Positions 8,792 through 18,611 of a DNA stretch of 47,182 bases are shown here, one piece after another. The notes beneath the pieces are model-generated. The model worked only from the letters and a program-made list of their open reading frames with translations. It did not search any database and was not told the DNA's origin. Position 1 is the stretch's first letter. Every line of letters begins with the position of its first letter. The translations under genes and the position numbers were made by a program. The stretch is taken from assembly GCA_035493355.1 (NCBI GenBank), contig DATJIJ010000014.1:1-47182 (forward strand). The letters are read 5' to 3'. This DNA is from Candidatus Methylomirabilota bacterium (GTDB lineage Bacteria; Chloroflexota; Limnocylindria; QHBO01).

Positions 8792-9864
8792 CCGTCCCGC
8801 GAGCGCCCGCTCGGTCGAGCCGTGCCACCAGCAGCGCGCCGCTTCGCGGCGAGGGCGCTGATCGCCTCCATCACGCAGCGGTGCGCGACCGCGGCAGTGA
8901 TGTCGCTCACGTCGTACGCCGGCGCCACCTCGACGATGTCCATCCCCGCCAGCTCGACCGCGCCGACGATCTGGCGGATCGCCCGCAGCAGCTCCCGCGA
9001 AAGCATCCCGCCGGGCTCTGGCGTGCCGGTGCCCGGCGCCATCCCCGGATCGAGGACATCGATGTCGATCGACAGGTAAATGAGCTCCGGGCCGTCGAGC
9101 GCCTCGGCGATCGCGTCGGCCACCACGGCCTCCGCGCCGCGCTCCTCGATCTCGGTCATGAAGTGGGTGCGGAGGCCGTGCTGTCGCATCCATTCGAGGA
9201 CCTCGGGGGGCGGCCAGTAGCCTCGCAGCCCGACCTGCACGAAGTTGCGCCCATCGATCGCCCCCGACTCGATCAGCCGTCGCATCGGCGTGCCGTGGGA
9301 GGCGAGGACGCCCCAGGTGCTGTTGGCGGCGTCGGCGTGCGCGTCGAAGTGCACCATCCCGAGCCGCTTCGGGGCGATCGACTCCGCTACGGCGGAGGCC
9401 GACGGGAACGTGATCGAGTGATCGCCGCCGAGCACGATCGGGATCGCGCCGGCTCGCGCCACCTCGAGCACCTTGCGGCGGATCACTGCGTGGCCGCGCT
9501 CGATGTTGGCGGGCGTCACCGGAGCATCCCCGGCGTCCACCACGTCGATCCATTCGAACGGCTGGATCCCGAGCTGGAGCGAGTTGGGGGAGCCTGCGTC
9601 GTAGTGAGCCGCTCGAATGGCGCGTGGGCCGAATCGCGCGCCGGGCCGATGGCTCACCGCGTCGTCGAACGGCGCCCCGACGATCGCGACATCGGGCCGC
9701 CGGGCGGCCAGGGCCGCGGCGTCGGTCAGTTCCGGGAGCTTGTGGAAGCTCGTCCGACCGACGTACGACGGCAGGTCGAAGTCGTCGAACTCGGTGTACG
9801 GGTCCAGCCCGCTGGGCACGTCCTCGGGATTCGGGCCGCTGTGGCGGCGGGTCTCATCTGCCAT
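8788..9864 (-). CDS. speB: agmatinase / ureohydrolase (arginase family)
   Basis: 358 aa with Mn-ligand motifs GGDHSITF, HFDAHAD, SIDIDVLDP and EVAPAYD. Confidence 0.9.
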   Translation of the reverse strand: MADETRRHSGPNPEDVPSGLDPYTEFDDFDLPSYVGRTSFHKLPELTDAAALAARRPDVAIVGAPFDDAVSHRPGARFGPRAIRAAHYDAGSPNSLQLGIQPFEWIDVVDAGDAPVTPANIERGHAVIRRKVLEVARAGAIPIVLGGDHSITFPSASAVAESIAPKRLGMVHFDAHADAANSTWGVLASHGTPMRRLIESGAIDGRNFVQVGLRGYWPPPEVLEWMRQHGLRTHFMTEIEERGAEAVVADAIAEALDGPELIYLSIDIDVLDPGMAPGTGTPEPGGMLSRELLRAIRQIVGAVELAGMDIVEVAPAYDVSDITAAVAHRCVMEAISALAAKRRAAGGTARPSGRSRDG

Positions 9865-9976
9865 CGGTGATGGCTGACGCCCTCCTGCGAATGGATCGCG
9901 GGCGCCGTCGCGGCGCGGAGCAGGCCCGCAGCTGAAGCGGCCCGATCCTACCAGAGGGAGCCTGCCGGGAGCGTGC

Positions 9977-9985
9977 TGCTACCAT
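9977..9985 (+). promoter_or_regulatory. extended -10 TGcTACCAT 9 nt upstream of ATG 9995
   Basis: The 12-mer GCTGCTACCATC occurs here and again at 21537-21548. No SD before the start. Confidence 0.45.
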
Positions 9986-9994
9986 CGAACGGCC

Positions 9995-10390
9995 ATGTCA
10001 GACGCGCGCAAGACCTACACGATCGACGAGGCCAATGCGCTCATTCCGCAGGTGCGTGCGGTGCTGTTGCAGCTCGCCGTGCAGCAGCGCCGTCTCGATG
10101 AGTCCCACGCCGAGATGCATCGTCAGCTCGACGCCAACGGCGGCCCGGACAGCGCCGCCGCGGCAGGCCGGCAGGAGGCCGAGACGGCCGACATCCGGGA
10201 GGGGATGCGGACGCTGCTGCTGCACCTGAGTGAGATGGGGGTCGAGCTGCGCGACCTCGAGATGGGCCTCGTCGACTTCCCCGGCGACCGGGATGGCGAG
10301 CCCGTCTGGCTCTGTTGGCGCCTCGCCGACGCGCGGGTCGCCTTCTGGCATCCGACCGATGAGGGCTACGCCACGCGGCAGCCGTGGTGA
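9995..10390 (+). CDS. DUF2203-family protein
   Basis: 131 aa. YTIDEANALIPQV at the N-terminus and VDFPG...WLCWRLAD..VAFWH at the C-terminus are characteristic of DUF2203 as I remember it. Confidence 0.8.
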   Translation: MSDARKTYTIDEANALIPQVRAVLLQLAVQQRRLDESHAEMHRQLDANGGPDSAAAAGRQEAETADIREGMRTLLLHLSEMGVELRDLEMGLVDFPGDRDGEPVWLCWRLADARVAFWHPTDEGYATRQPW

Positions 10391-10400
10391 TGCGCCGCTG

Positions 10401-11321
10401 ATGCCGATTACGGTCATCGGCGACTCCACCCTGGACGTCACCGTCCGCCCGGCCGAGGCGCCGCGAGCCGGTGGCGACGTCCCGGCCAGCATCTCGCTGG
10501 CCCCCGGCGGACAGGGGGCCAATGTGGCCGTTCGGCTGGCGCGAGCAGGAGTGGATGTCCGACTTGCGACCGCCATCGCCGATGACGCGCCCGGTCGGCT
10601 CCTCCTCGCCGCACTCGAGGCCGATGGCGTGACCGTCGCTCGACTGCCCGCCGAGAGAAGCGGCGTGGTGATCTCGATGCTCGACCCGACAGGCGAGCGC
10701 ACGATGCTCTCCGACCGCGTCACCCTCGATCCGGGAACCCTGCGGGCTGCGTGCGAGGGCGCCGAATGGGTGCACTGCTCGGGCTACGCGATGGCGGACG
10801 ACGCCACGGGCGATGCCCTGGCACAGCTCCTCGGCTCCCTGCCGTCGACCACCAGGGTGAGTGCCGGTGGCGGGTCGCTCCGCGATGACCCCCCACTCGC
10901 CGCGCGGGTGCGGGATCGCTTCGCGACGGCCCGGGTCGCCCTGTTTATCCTGGGTCGGGACGAGGCGGCCGCTCTGCTGGGCCAGCACCTTCCCTCGCTC
11001 CCGGCAGCGGCGGACGCCGTGGCGGGCGCGTTCCCGGCCACGATCACGGTGGTCACCGGTGGCGCGGCGGGCTCCGCCGCCGCCGGGCCTGGCTTCGCGA
11101 TCTCCGTTCCCGCCGTCGAGCCAGCGACCCGCGTGCTCGACGCCACCGGCGCGGGGGACGCGTACGTGGCCGCCATGATCCTGCGGCTCTCCGCGGGTGG
11201 CTGGCCACCGGAGGTGGCGACGCTCCGCGAGGCGATGGAGCGCGGCAGCCGGGATGGCGGCCTCGTCTCGCGGGTGCTCGGCGCCCAGGGCAGGATCGCG
11301 GCGGAGCCGGCGGCACGATGA
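10401..11321 (+). CDS. psuK: PfkB-family sugar/nucleoside kinase, probable pseudouridine kinase
   Basis: ATG 10401 (MPITVIGDSTLDV). Has the GGQGANVA di-Gly motif and the DATGAGDAYVAAM anion-hole motif. ATGA overlap with psuG. Confidence 0.85.
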   Translation: MPITVIGDSTLDVTVRPAEAPRAGGDVPASISLAPGGQGANVAVRLARAGVDVRLATAIADDAPGRLLLAALEADGVTVARLPAERSGVVISMLDPTGERTMLSDRVTLDPGTLRAACEGAEWVHCSGYAMADDATGDALAQLLGSLPSTTRVSAGGGSLRDDPPLAARVRDRFATARVALFILGRDEAAALLGQHLPSLPAAADAVAGAFPATITVVTGGAAGSAAAGPGFAISVPAVEPATRVLDATGAGDAYVAAMILRLSAGGWPPEVATLREAMERGSRDGGLVSRVLGAQGRIAAEPAAR

Positions 11322-12256
11322 GCACCTCGAAGCTGCTGGCGATTTCGGACGAGGTCGCCGGGGCGCTCGCCAAGGGCCGCCCGGTCGTGGCTCTCGAATC
11401 CAGCCTCATCGCCCAGGGACTGCCCGTGCCACACAACCTCGAGACGGCGCTCGCTTCCGAGCGTGCGGTCCGTGATGAAGGCGCCATCCCGGCGACCACC
11501 GCCGTTGACGCTGGTCGGCTCCTGGTGGGCGCTCCTCAGGCGATCCTGGAGCGACTCGCCGATCCGGGAAGCGGCGCGGGCAAGGCCGGCTCGCGCGACC
11601 TGGCGCCACTCCTCGCCGGCGGGCAGCTGGCCTCGACGACGGTGAGCGCCGCGATGCGCATCGCCGCGATGGCCGGGATCCGGGTCCTCGCCACCGGGGG
11701 GATCGGCGGCGTCCATCGGGGCGCGGCGACCTCCTTCGACATCAGCAGCGACATCGATGAGATTGCCGCGACTCGCGTCGCCGTCGTGTGCAGCGGCGCG
11801 AAGTCGATCCTCGACCTGCCCGCCACCCTGGAGCTGCTCGAGACGCGCCGGGTGCCGGTCATCGGGATCGGGGCCGACGAACTGCCCGCCTTCTACGCCA
11901 CTACCTCCGGCCTGCGCCTGACGCATCGGGTCGACTCGCCGACCGAGGCGGCCGCGGTGCTCGCCATCCACCTGGGAATCGATGGGGCAGGGGGCATCCT
12001 CTTCGTGCAGCCGCCTCCGGCGGACCTGGCGATCCCCGCCGCCGAGATCGCCGGCTGGATCGAATCCGCCAACGCCGAGGCTGTCGCACAGGGCATCCGC
12101 GGCGGCGCGGTGACACCGTTCATCCTGGGTCGCGTGGCGGACCTGTCGGCGGGCCGCACCCTTGCGACCAACATCGGCCTCATCGTGAACAACGCCAGGA
12201 CGGCGGCGCGGATCGCGGTCGCGCTCGCCGAGCTACATCGCCACAACCCAGCCTGA
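11318..12256 (+). CDS. psuG: pseudouridine-5'-phosphate glycosidase
   Basis: 312 aa with PVVALESSLIAQGLP, ATGGIGGVHRG and VVCSGAKSILDLPATLE (IndA/PsuG family). Confidence 0.92.
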   Translation: MSTSKLLAISDEVAGALAKGRPVVALESSLIAQGLPVPHNLETALASERAVRDEGAIPATTAVDAGRLLVGAPQAILERLADPGSGAGKAGSRDLAPLLAGGQLASTTVSAAMRIAAMAGIRVLATGGIGGVHRGAATSFDISSDIDEIAATRVAVVCSGAKSILDLPATLELLETRRVPVIGIGADELPAFYATTSGLRLTHRVDSPTEAAAVLAIHLGIDGAGGILFVQPPPADLAIPAAEIAGWIESANAEAVAQGIRGGAVTPFILGRVADLSAGRTLATNIGLIVNNARTAARIAVALAELHRHNPA

Positions 12257-12276
12257 GTCGAAACGGATACAACGGC

Positions 12277-12285
12277 TGGTATCCT
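12277..12285 (+). promoter_or_regulatory. extended -10 TGgTATCCT, embedded in the inverted repeat GGATAC-n8-GTATCC (12265-12284)
   Basis: Seen directly, about 45 nt upstream of ATG 12332, which has a GGAGAG SD. Confidence 0.35.
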
Positions 12286-12331
12286 GACCTTCTGCCCGGA
12301 CCGGGCCGCGACACGGCAGCTGGAGAGTCGC

Positions 12332-12874
12332 ATGCGGATCTACGAGGGGAGCCCGCGCCAGGGCTGGGAAGAGGTCTTCCGCAGCATCGGCGCCTACGTC
12401 GACCGCGAGCGGATCAAGGAGGTCCTCCTCCTCGAGCTCGACGCCGGATTCATCCTGCAGGGGATGGCGATGCCGGCGGCAGGGGCGCGGACCGAGTCCG
12501 AGATGTCGCTGATCAAGATCACGCGCGAGCTGCCTGACGACGAGGTCGCCGAGCTGATGGAGGCTGCCAACGCGAAGCGGGGCACGTCCACGGCGGACAC
12601 GCCGCATGCCGAGATCGCGAACTACTACGAGCAGGCGATGCGCGTGATCGGGGCCTACATCGACCTCAACAAGCCGCGCGACGTCTTCCTCTTCGAGCAG
12701 GAGGGGGCGTTCGTGCTTCGGCTCCTGATGCTCGGGGCCGGAGCCGCGCCGATGGGCCACCAGCTCGTCGAATTCACCCGCGACGACATCATGGCTATGA
12801 TCGACGCCGCACCAGGACAACGAAACAGACCGGCCCGGGAAGCCGGGCAACCTGACGGGGAGACCGTGGCATGA
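12332..12874 (+). CDS. hypothetical protein built from two tandem copies of one roughly 70-aa domain
   Basis: 180 aa. WEEVFRSIGAYVDRERIKEVLLLELDAGFILQG...DDEVAELMEAA aligns with YEQAMRVIGAYIDLNKPRDVFLFEQEGAFVLRL...RDDIMAMIDAA. High GC3. Confidence 0.75.
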   Translation: MRIYEGSPRQGWEEVFRSIGAYVDRERIKEVLLLELDAGFILQGMAMPAAGARTESEMSLIKITRELPDDEVAELMEAANAKRGTSTADTPHAEIANYYEQAMRVIGAYIDLNKPRDVFLFEQEGAFVLRLLMLGAGAAPMGHQLVEFTRDDIMAMIDAAPGQRNRPAREAGQPDGETVA

Positions 12875-13023
12875 AGCTCTTCAAGATCCTGTTCGTCACC
12901 ATCGGCGCGCTGCTCGCGGCGATCATCATCATCCCGCTCACCGTGCTCGCCGGCCTCTTCGTCTGGCTCAAGCTGACCGAAGAGGGCGACGAGGACGACC
13001 TCGAGATCGAGGACGCCGTCTAG
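12871..13023 (+). CDS. small membrane protein (50 aa), not in the supplied ORF track
   Basis: MKLFKILFVTIGALLAAIIIIPLTVLAGLFVWLKLTEEGDEDDLEIEDAV. 49 of 50 codons end in G/C. ATGA coupling to the preceding gene. One TM helix plus an acidic tail. Confidence 0.55.
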   Translation: MKLFKILFVTIGALLAAIIIIPLTVLAGLFVWLKLTEEGDEDDLEIEDAV

Positions 13024-13841
13024 CCGGTACTCAGGGCCCAGGCGGCGGTCCAGCAGACCGCCGCCACCAGCATCCCGTACCAGAGCCTCCGTTCGCTCGG
13101 CAACCCCTGCGCGACGCCCAACAGGCCGATGAGCCCTAGCACCACGCTCCCCGGGGTGGCGCGCCCGCCGATCACGAGCGCGACGCCCACCCCGAGGCCA
13201 ACGGCGAGCGCCAACCCGGCGGCCAGCAGCCGGCTGGCACGCCTGCCGAGCACCTGCGCCAGGCTGCGCGAGGCACCAGCCGCATCCGCCTCGTAGTCAC
13301 GCAGCGTGTTGGCAAGGTGCGCCGCCATCGCGAAGGGTGCCACCAGCGGGATCGCCGGCACCACCCGCTCGATCGGCACGCCAACCCCCGCGGCGATCCA
13401 GACCGGCAGCAGCCCGAAGCTGACCAGGTAGGGAAGCGGCGAGAACGGCGTGCGCGAGAGGGCGAGGTTGTATGCCAGCGCCGAGGCCGACGCGACCGAT
13501 CCCACCACCAGCGGAAGCGAGCCGGTTCGCCAGGAAGCAACCAGCTGCACGGCCAGCCCGATCGATGCGATCCAGGTCGCGGCGTTCAGGCTCAGGTCTC
13601 CCGCGGGGAGCGGCTTCTCCGGTCGCACCGTCCCGTCCCGGAAGCGGTCGGCGATGTCGTTGGTCGCTCCGGTGAAGACCTGCGATCCCGCCACCGCCAC
13701 GACTGTCAGCAGCCAGCGCTCGCCCAGCGGCACCCCGGCCTGGCCGGCGAGGATCGCACCCAGCGCGGCGGTCAGGAGCACGACCGCGAGAGCGGGGGCG
13801 GGATGAACCAACCGCACGGCGGCACCGAGGCGGGCGAGCAT
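13020..13841 (-). CDS. UbiA-family prenyltransferase
   Basis: 273 aa, polytopic, with the Asp-rich motif NDIADRFRD and a second acidic motif LRDYEAD. Confidence 0.88.
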   Translation of the reverse strand: MLARLGAAVRLVHPAPALAVVLLTAALGAILAGQAGVPLGERWLLTVVAVAGSQVFTGATNDIADRFRDGTVRPEKPLPAGDLSLNAATWIASIGLAVQLVASWRTGSLPLVVGSVASASALAYNLALSRTPFSPLPYLVSFGLLPVWIAAGVGVPIERVVPAIPLVAPFAMAAHLANTLRDYEADAAGASRSLAQVLGRRASRLLAAGLALAVGLGVGVALVIGGRATPGSVVLGLIGLLGVAQGLPSERRLWYGMLVAAVCWTAAWALSTG

Positions 13842-13847
13842 CGGTCC

Positions 13848-13853
13848 ATGCTA
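13848..13853 (-). promoter_or_regulatory. -10-like TAGCAT 6 nt upstream of the UbiA ATG (13841)
   Basis: Minus strand reads ggaTAGCATggaccgATG. No SD. Confidence 0.4.
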
Positions 13854-13868
13854 TCCGGCGCCCTTCGC

Positions 13869-13874
13869 TAGAGT
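13869..13874 (+). promoter_or_regulatory. -10-like TAGAGT 8 nt upstream of ATG 13883
   Basis: cgcTAGAGTgtgccgccATG. Divergent partner of the UbiA -10 within a 41-nt intergenic region. Confidence 0.45.
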
Positions 13875-13882
13875 GTGCCGCC

Positions 13883-15103
13883 ATGGGTCGCCCTCGGCTG
13901 ACGCCTCTCCTCGGCTCGTGGATTGCCGCCTCCGTCCTCGCTGGCTGTGCCTCCACCCTTCCGCCGTCCGCGACGCAAGACTCAGCTGGCAGCGGTGTCC
14001 CGTCCCCCTCGACGGCTGAACGTTGGACTGCCCTTGAGCAGCCAACTGCGGCCATGTCGGATGCCGATCGCGGAGAGATTGACAGTGCTGCCCGTGACGC
14101 CCTCGCTCAGAGCGACGGGGCCACGGCGCTCTACGTCGGCATCTGGATTCCGGAGAAGGGTTTCTACGAGCAGGCCTACGGCGAGTCCAGTCCCGGAGTA
14201 GCGGCCACCCTGGCGGACCACAACCGGATCGGCAGCGTCACCAAGACCTTCACCGCCACCGCGGTGCTCCAGCTCGTCGCCAGCGGCGAGATCGCTCTCA
14301 CGGATACTCTCGCCACCCTGCTGCCGGAGCTGGCTGCGGAGTTCCCGGCCCTGACATCCGTCACGGTCGACCAGCTGCTCGGCATGAGGACCGGGATCGG
14401 GGACTTCTTCTGTTGCCCAGGCTCACTGGTCGATACCTACTTCGCCGACCCGACCCATCTCTTCACCGTCCACGATCTCGTCGCGGAAGGGCTGCGGATG
14501 CGGTCGCCGCCATCGGTGCCGCTGGCCTCGGCGGAGTACTCGAACACCAACTACGTGATCCTGGGTGAGGTCCTGCGGGTCGTCACCGGACACTCGGTGC
14601 ATGAGGTGCTCACCGATCTGGCTCGATCGGTCGGCCTTGAGCAGACCGGCCTCCTGGCACCGGATGTGAGCCAGATGCCCGCACCCGCTGCCCACGGATA
14701 CATGGGCGCTGCCCAGGTTGCCGAGCACCGCGACCTGCTTCCACCTGGGGTCGTGGGCGGCATCGACGTCTCGGATTGGTCCCTCTCGTTTGCCGGCGCC
14801 GCAGGAGCCATGTATTCGACGCTGGGCGACCTGGGCGCCTGGGCCGCAACCGGCTACGGATCCGCACTCCTGCCGGCCGACCTGGCCAGCCGGCGCCTTT
14901 CGCCTCCCGATGGCAGAGACTTCGACTACGGCTACGGCATCACGGTGTCCGGCGATTGGATCGGACACAGCGGCCTCGTTGAAGGTTGGATTACCGACAC
15001 GGCTTTCAATCCGACGACCGGGGCGACCTGGGTCCTGATCGTGAACTCAGGTGGCGGGGAAGCGGTCCTGCAGGCCATGGCCGAATTCGCTCGCCCCCAG
15101 TGA
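13883..15103 (+). CDS. serine hydrolase, beta-lactamase / D-Ala-D-Ala carboxypeptidase family lipoprotein
   Basis: 406 aa with lipobox VLAGC, the SxxK motif in GSVTKTF, and a YSNTNY (YxN) motif. Confidence 0.88.
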   Translation: MGRPRLTPLLGSWIAASVLAGCASTLPPSATQDSAGSGVPSPSTAERWTALEQPTAAMSDADRGEIDSAARDALAQSDGATALYVGIWIPEKGFYEQAYGESSPGVAATLADHNRIGSVTKTFTATAVLQLVASGEIALTDTLATLLPELAAEFPALTSVTVDQLLGMRTGIGDFFCCPGSLVDTYFADPTHLFTVHDLVAEGLRMRSPPSVPLASAEYSNTNYVILGEVLRVVTGHSVHEVLTDLARSVGLEQTGLLAPDVSQMPAPAAHGYMGAAQVAEHRDLLPPGVVGGIDVSDWSLSFAGAAGAMYSTLGDLGAWAATGYGSALLPADLASRRLSPPDGRDFDYGYGITVSGDWIGHSGLVEGWITDTAFNPTTGATWVLIVNSGGGEAVLQAMAEFARPQ

Positions 15104-15123
15104 CCCGCGATCCGCTAGACTGA

Positions 15124-16911
<1,788 letters not shown>

Positions 16912-16915
16912 GCCG

Positions 16916-18490
16916 ATGAGCCCGCGCGCCGTTGCCGCCGGCAAGGCGGCCTTCAACCGATCTGCGTACGAGCGGAACCTCGGCGCATTCATCTCCGCGC
17001 GGGAGGAGGAGCTCTACCAGCACGGGGCGGGGCTGCATGACGAGCTCGCAGTCGGCCCGATCTACGAGAAGCACGCCGCGCTCTTCAGCCGGCCGTTGGT
17101 GGACGCGCTCCGCCTGCTGGTCGACGCCGGCGGGGCAGAGATTGGGCACAACCGGGCACTGCTCGCGGTTGCGACCGATGGCCTTCTGGAGCACCAGGTC
17201 GCGGGCCTGAGCGATGCCATCGGCACCGCGGAGGCAACCACGACCGTCGTCTGGCGCGGCGAGTCGATTCCGTTCCGGGCCCTCCGCAACCGCATCAGCG
17301 AGATCAGCGGCCGCGCCGAGCGGAACGCCCTCTACGCGTCATACCTTGATGCGGAGGAGGCGCTCAACCCGATGCGCCAGGAGCGCTTCGACAGGATCGC
17401 CGAGCTGGCCCGCGAGCTCGGCTACCCCGACTACGCCGACCTGATCAAGGTCACCCGCGGCTTCGATCCGGACCTCCTCGGCGCGGAGATCCGCGACTTC
17501 CTGGCCGAGTCGGAGACGCCCTACTTCGCTGCCCTGCGGCGCTACCTGGCCCGGATCGAGATCGAGCAGGGCGACGCAAGCCTCGCCGACCTGTGGTACC
17601 TGCTGCGCGGCAGCGGCTGGGACAACTGGTTCGACGGCCGTCGCCTCCTCGCCGTCCTCGATTCGACCCTGCGCGGCCTCGGGATCGATCTGCGTGGCCA
17701 GCCTGGCGCGACGCTCGACGTCGATCCGAGGCCGAACAAGTCACCACGCGCGTTCGTCGCGGTGGTCAATGCCCCCCGGGACGTGCGCCTCGTGGTCCAG
17801 CCCCGTGGCGGCTGGAGCGACTACAGCGCTCTGCTGCACGAGGCAGGTCACCTCGAGCACTTCCTGCACGTCGACGCCGGTCTCCCCGTCTCGATGCGCG
17901 AGCTGGGCGACCCGAGCGTGACCGAGGGCTACGCCACGCTCATCCAGGGCCTCCTTGGCGAGCCGGAATGGCTGGTCGAACAGCTCGGCATGCCAGTCGA
18001 GCACGCCGTCGCCTTCGCCGACTTCGTATCGCTCTACCAGCTGGTCGGGCTTCGGTCCCTCGCCGCGCGCCACCTGCACGAGCTGCGGATGCACCGAGGC
18101 GGTGAGCCGGCAGTCCTGCGGGCGACCTACGCCGGGCTCGCCGGCCTGCTCACCGGCGTCCGCGAGCCGGAGGAGCGTTACCTCAGCTTCGACGACGGGA
18201 TGTACGGCGCCAACTACCTGCGCTGCTCCATGCTGTCGGCGTCCCTCGGTGACTTCCTTGTCGCGCATCACGGCGAGACCTGGTGGCGCACCGCGGCGGC
18301 CGGCGACACGCTCAAGCGAGCCTGGAGCCGGGGACAGGAGTGGACAGCCGAGCAGGTTGTTGCGCATCTCGGGTATGATTCGCTCGACTGGCGACCGGTC
18401 GTGCGTCAGATTCGGGCCAAGCTCATCGGCGAGATGAGCGGCTACGGCGGGCCCAACATCACCACTCGCGCAGGGACCCGCAAGGTCTGA
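16916..18490 (+). CDS. M3-like zinc metallopeptidase (oligoendopeptidase F-like)
   Basis: ATG 16916, 4 nt after the pyrG stop. 524 aa with HEAGH followed by a downstream Glu (VTEGYA). Confidence 0.85.
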   Translation: MSPRAVAAGKAAFNRSAYERNLGAFISAREEELYQHGAGLHDELAVGPIYEKHAALFSRPLVDALRLLVDAGGAEIGHNRALLAVATDGLLEHQVAGLSDAIGTAEATTTVVWRGESIPFRALRNRISEISGRAERNALYASYLDAEEALNPMRQERFDRIAELARELGYPDYADLIKVTRGFDPDLLGAEIRDFLAESETPYFAALRRYLARIEIEQGDASLADLWYLLRGSGWDNWFDGRRLLAVLDSTLRGLGIDLRGQPGATLDVDPRPNKSPRAFVAVVNAPRDVRLVVQPRGGWSDYSALLHEAGHLEHFLHVDAGLPVSMRELGDPSVTEGYATLIQGLLGEPEWLVEQLGMPVEHAVAFADFVSLYQLVGLRSLAARHLHELRMHRGGEPAVLRATYAGLAGLLTGVREPEERYLSFDDGMYGANYLRCSMLSASLGDFLVAHHGETWWRTAAAGDTLKRAWSRGQEWTAEQVVAHLGYDSLDWRPVVRQIRAKLIGEMSGYGGPNITTRAGTRKV

Positions 18491-18611
18491 CCGGTCATCC
18501 GCCCGCGCGTCCCCCGGACGAGAGCCTCAGGCTCAGCGTGGTCCCGTGGTACCTCGCCCGTGAGCTTCGCTCGCTACCCAGATCCTACTTTTTCGAGGTT
18601 ACAGGCACTCA

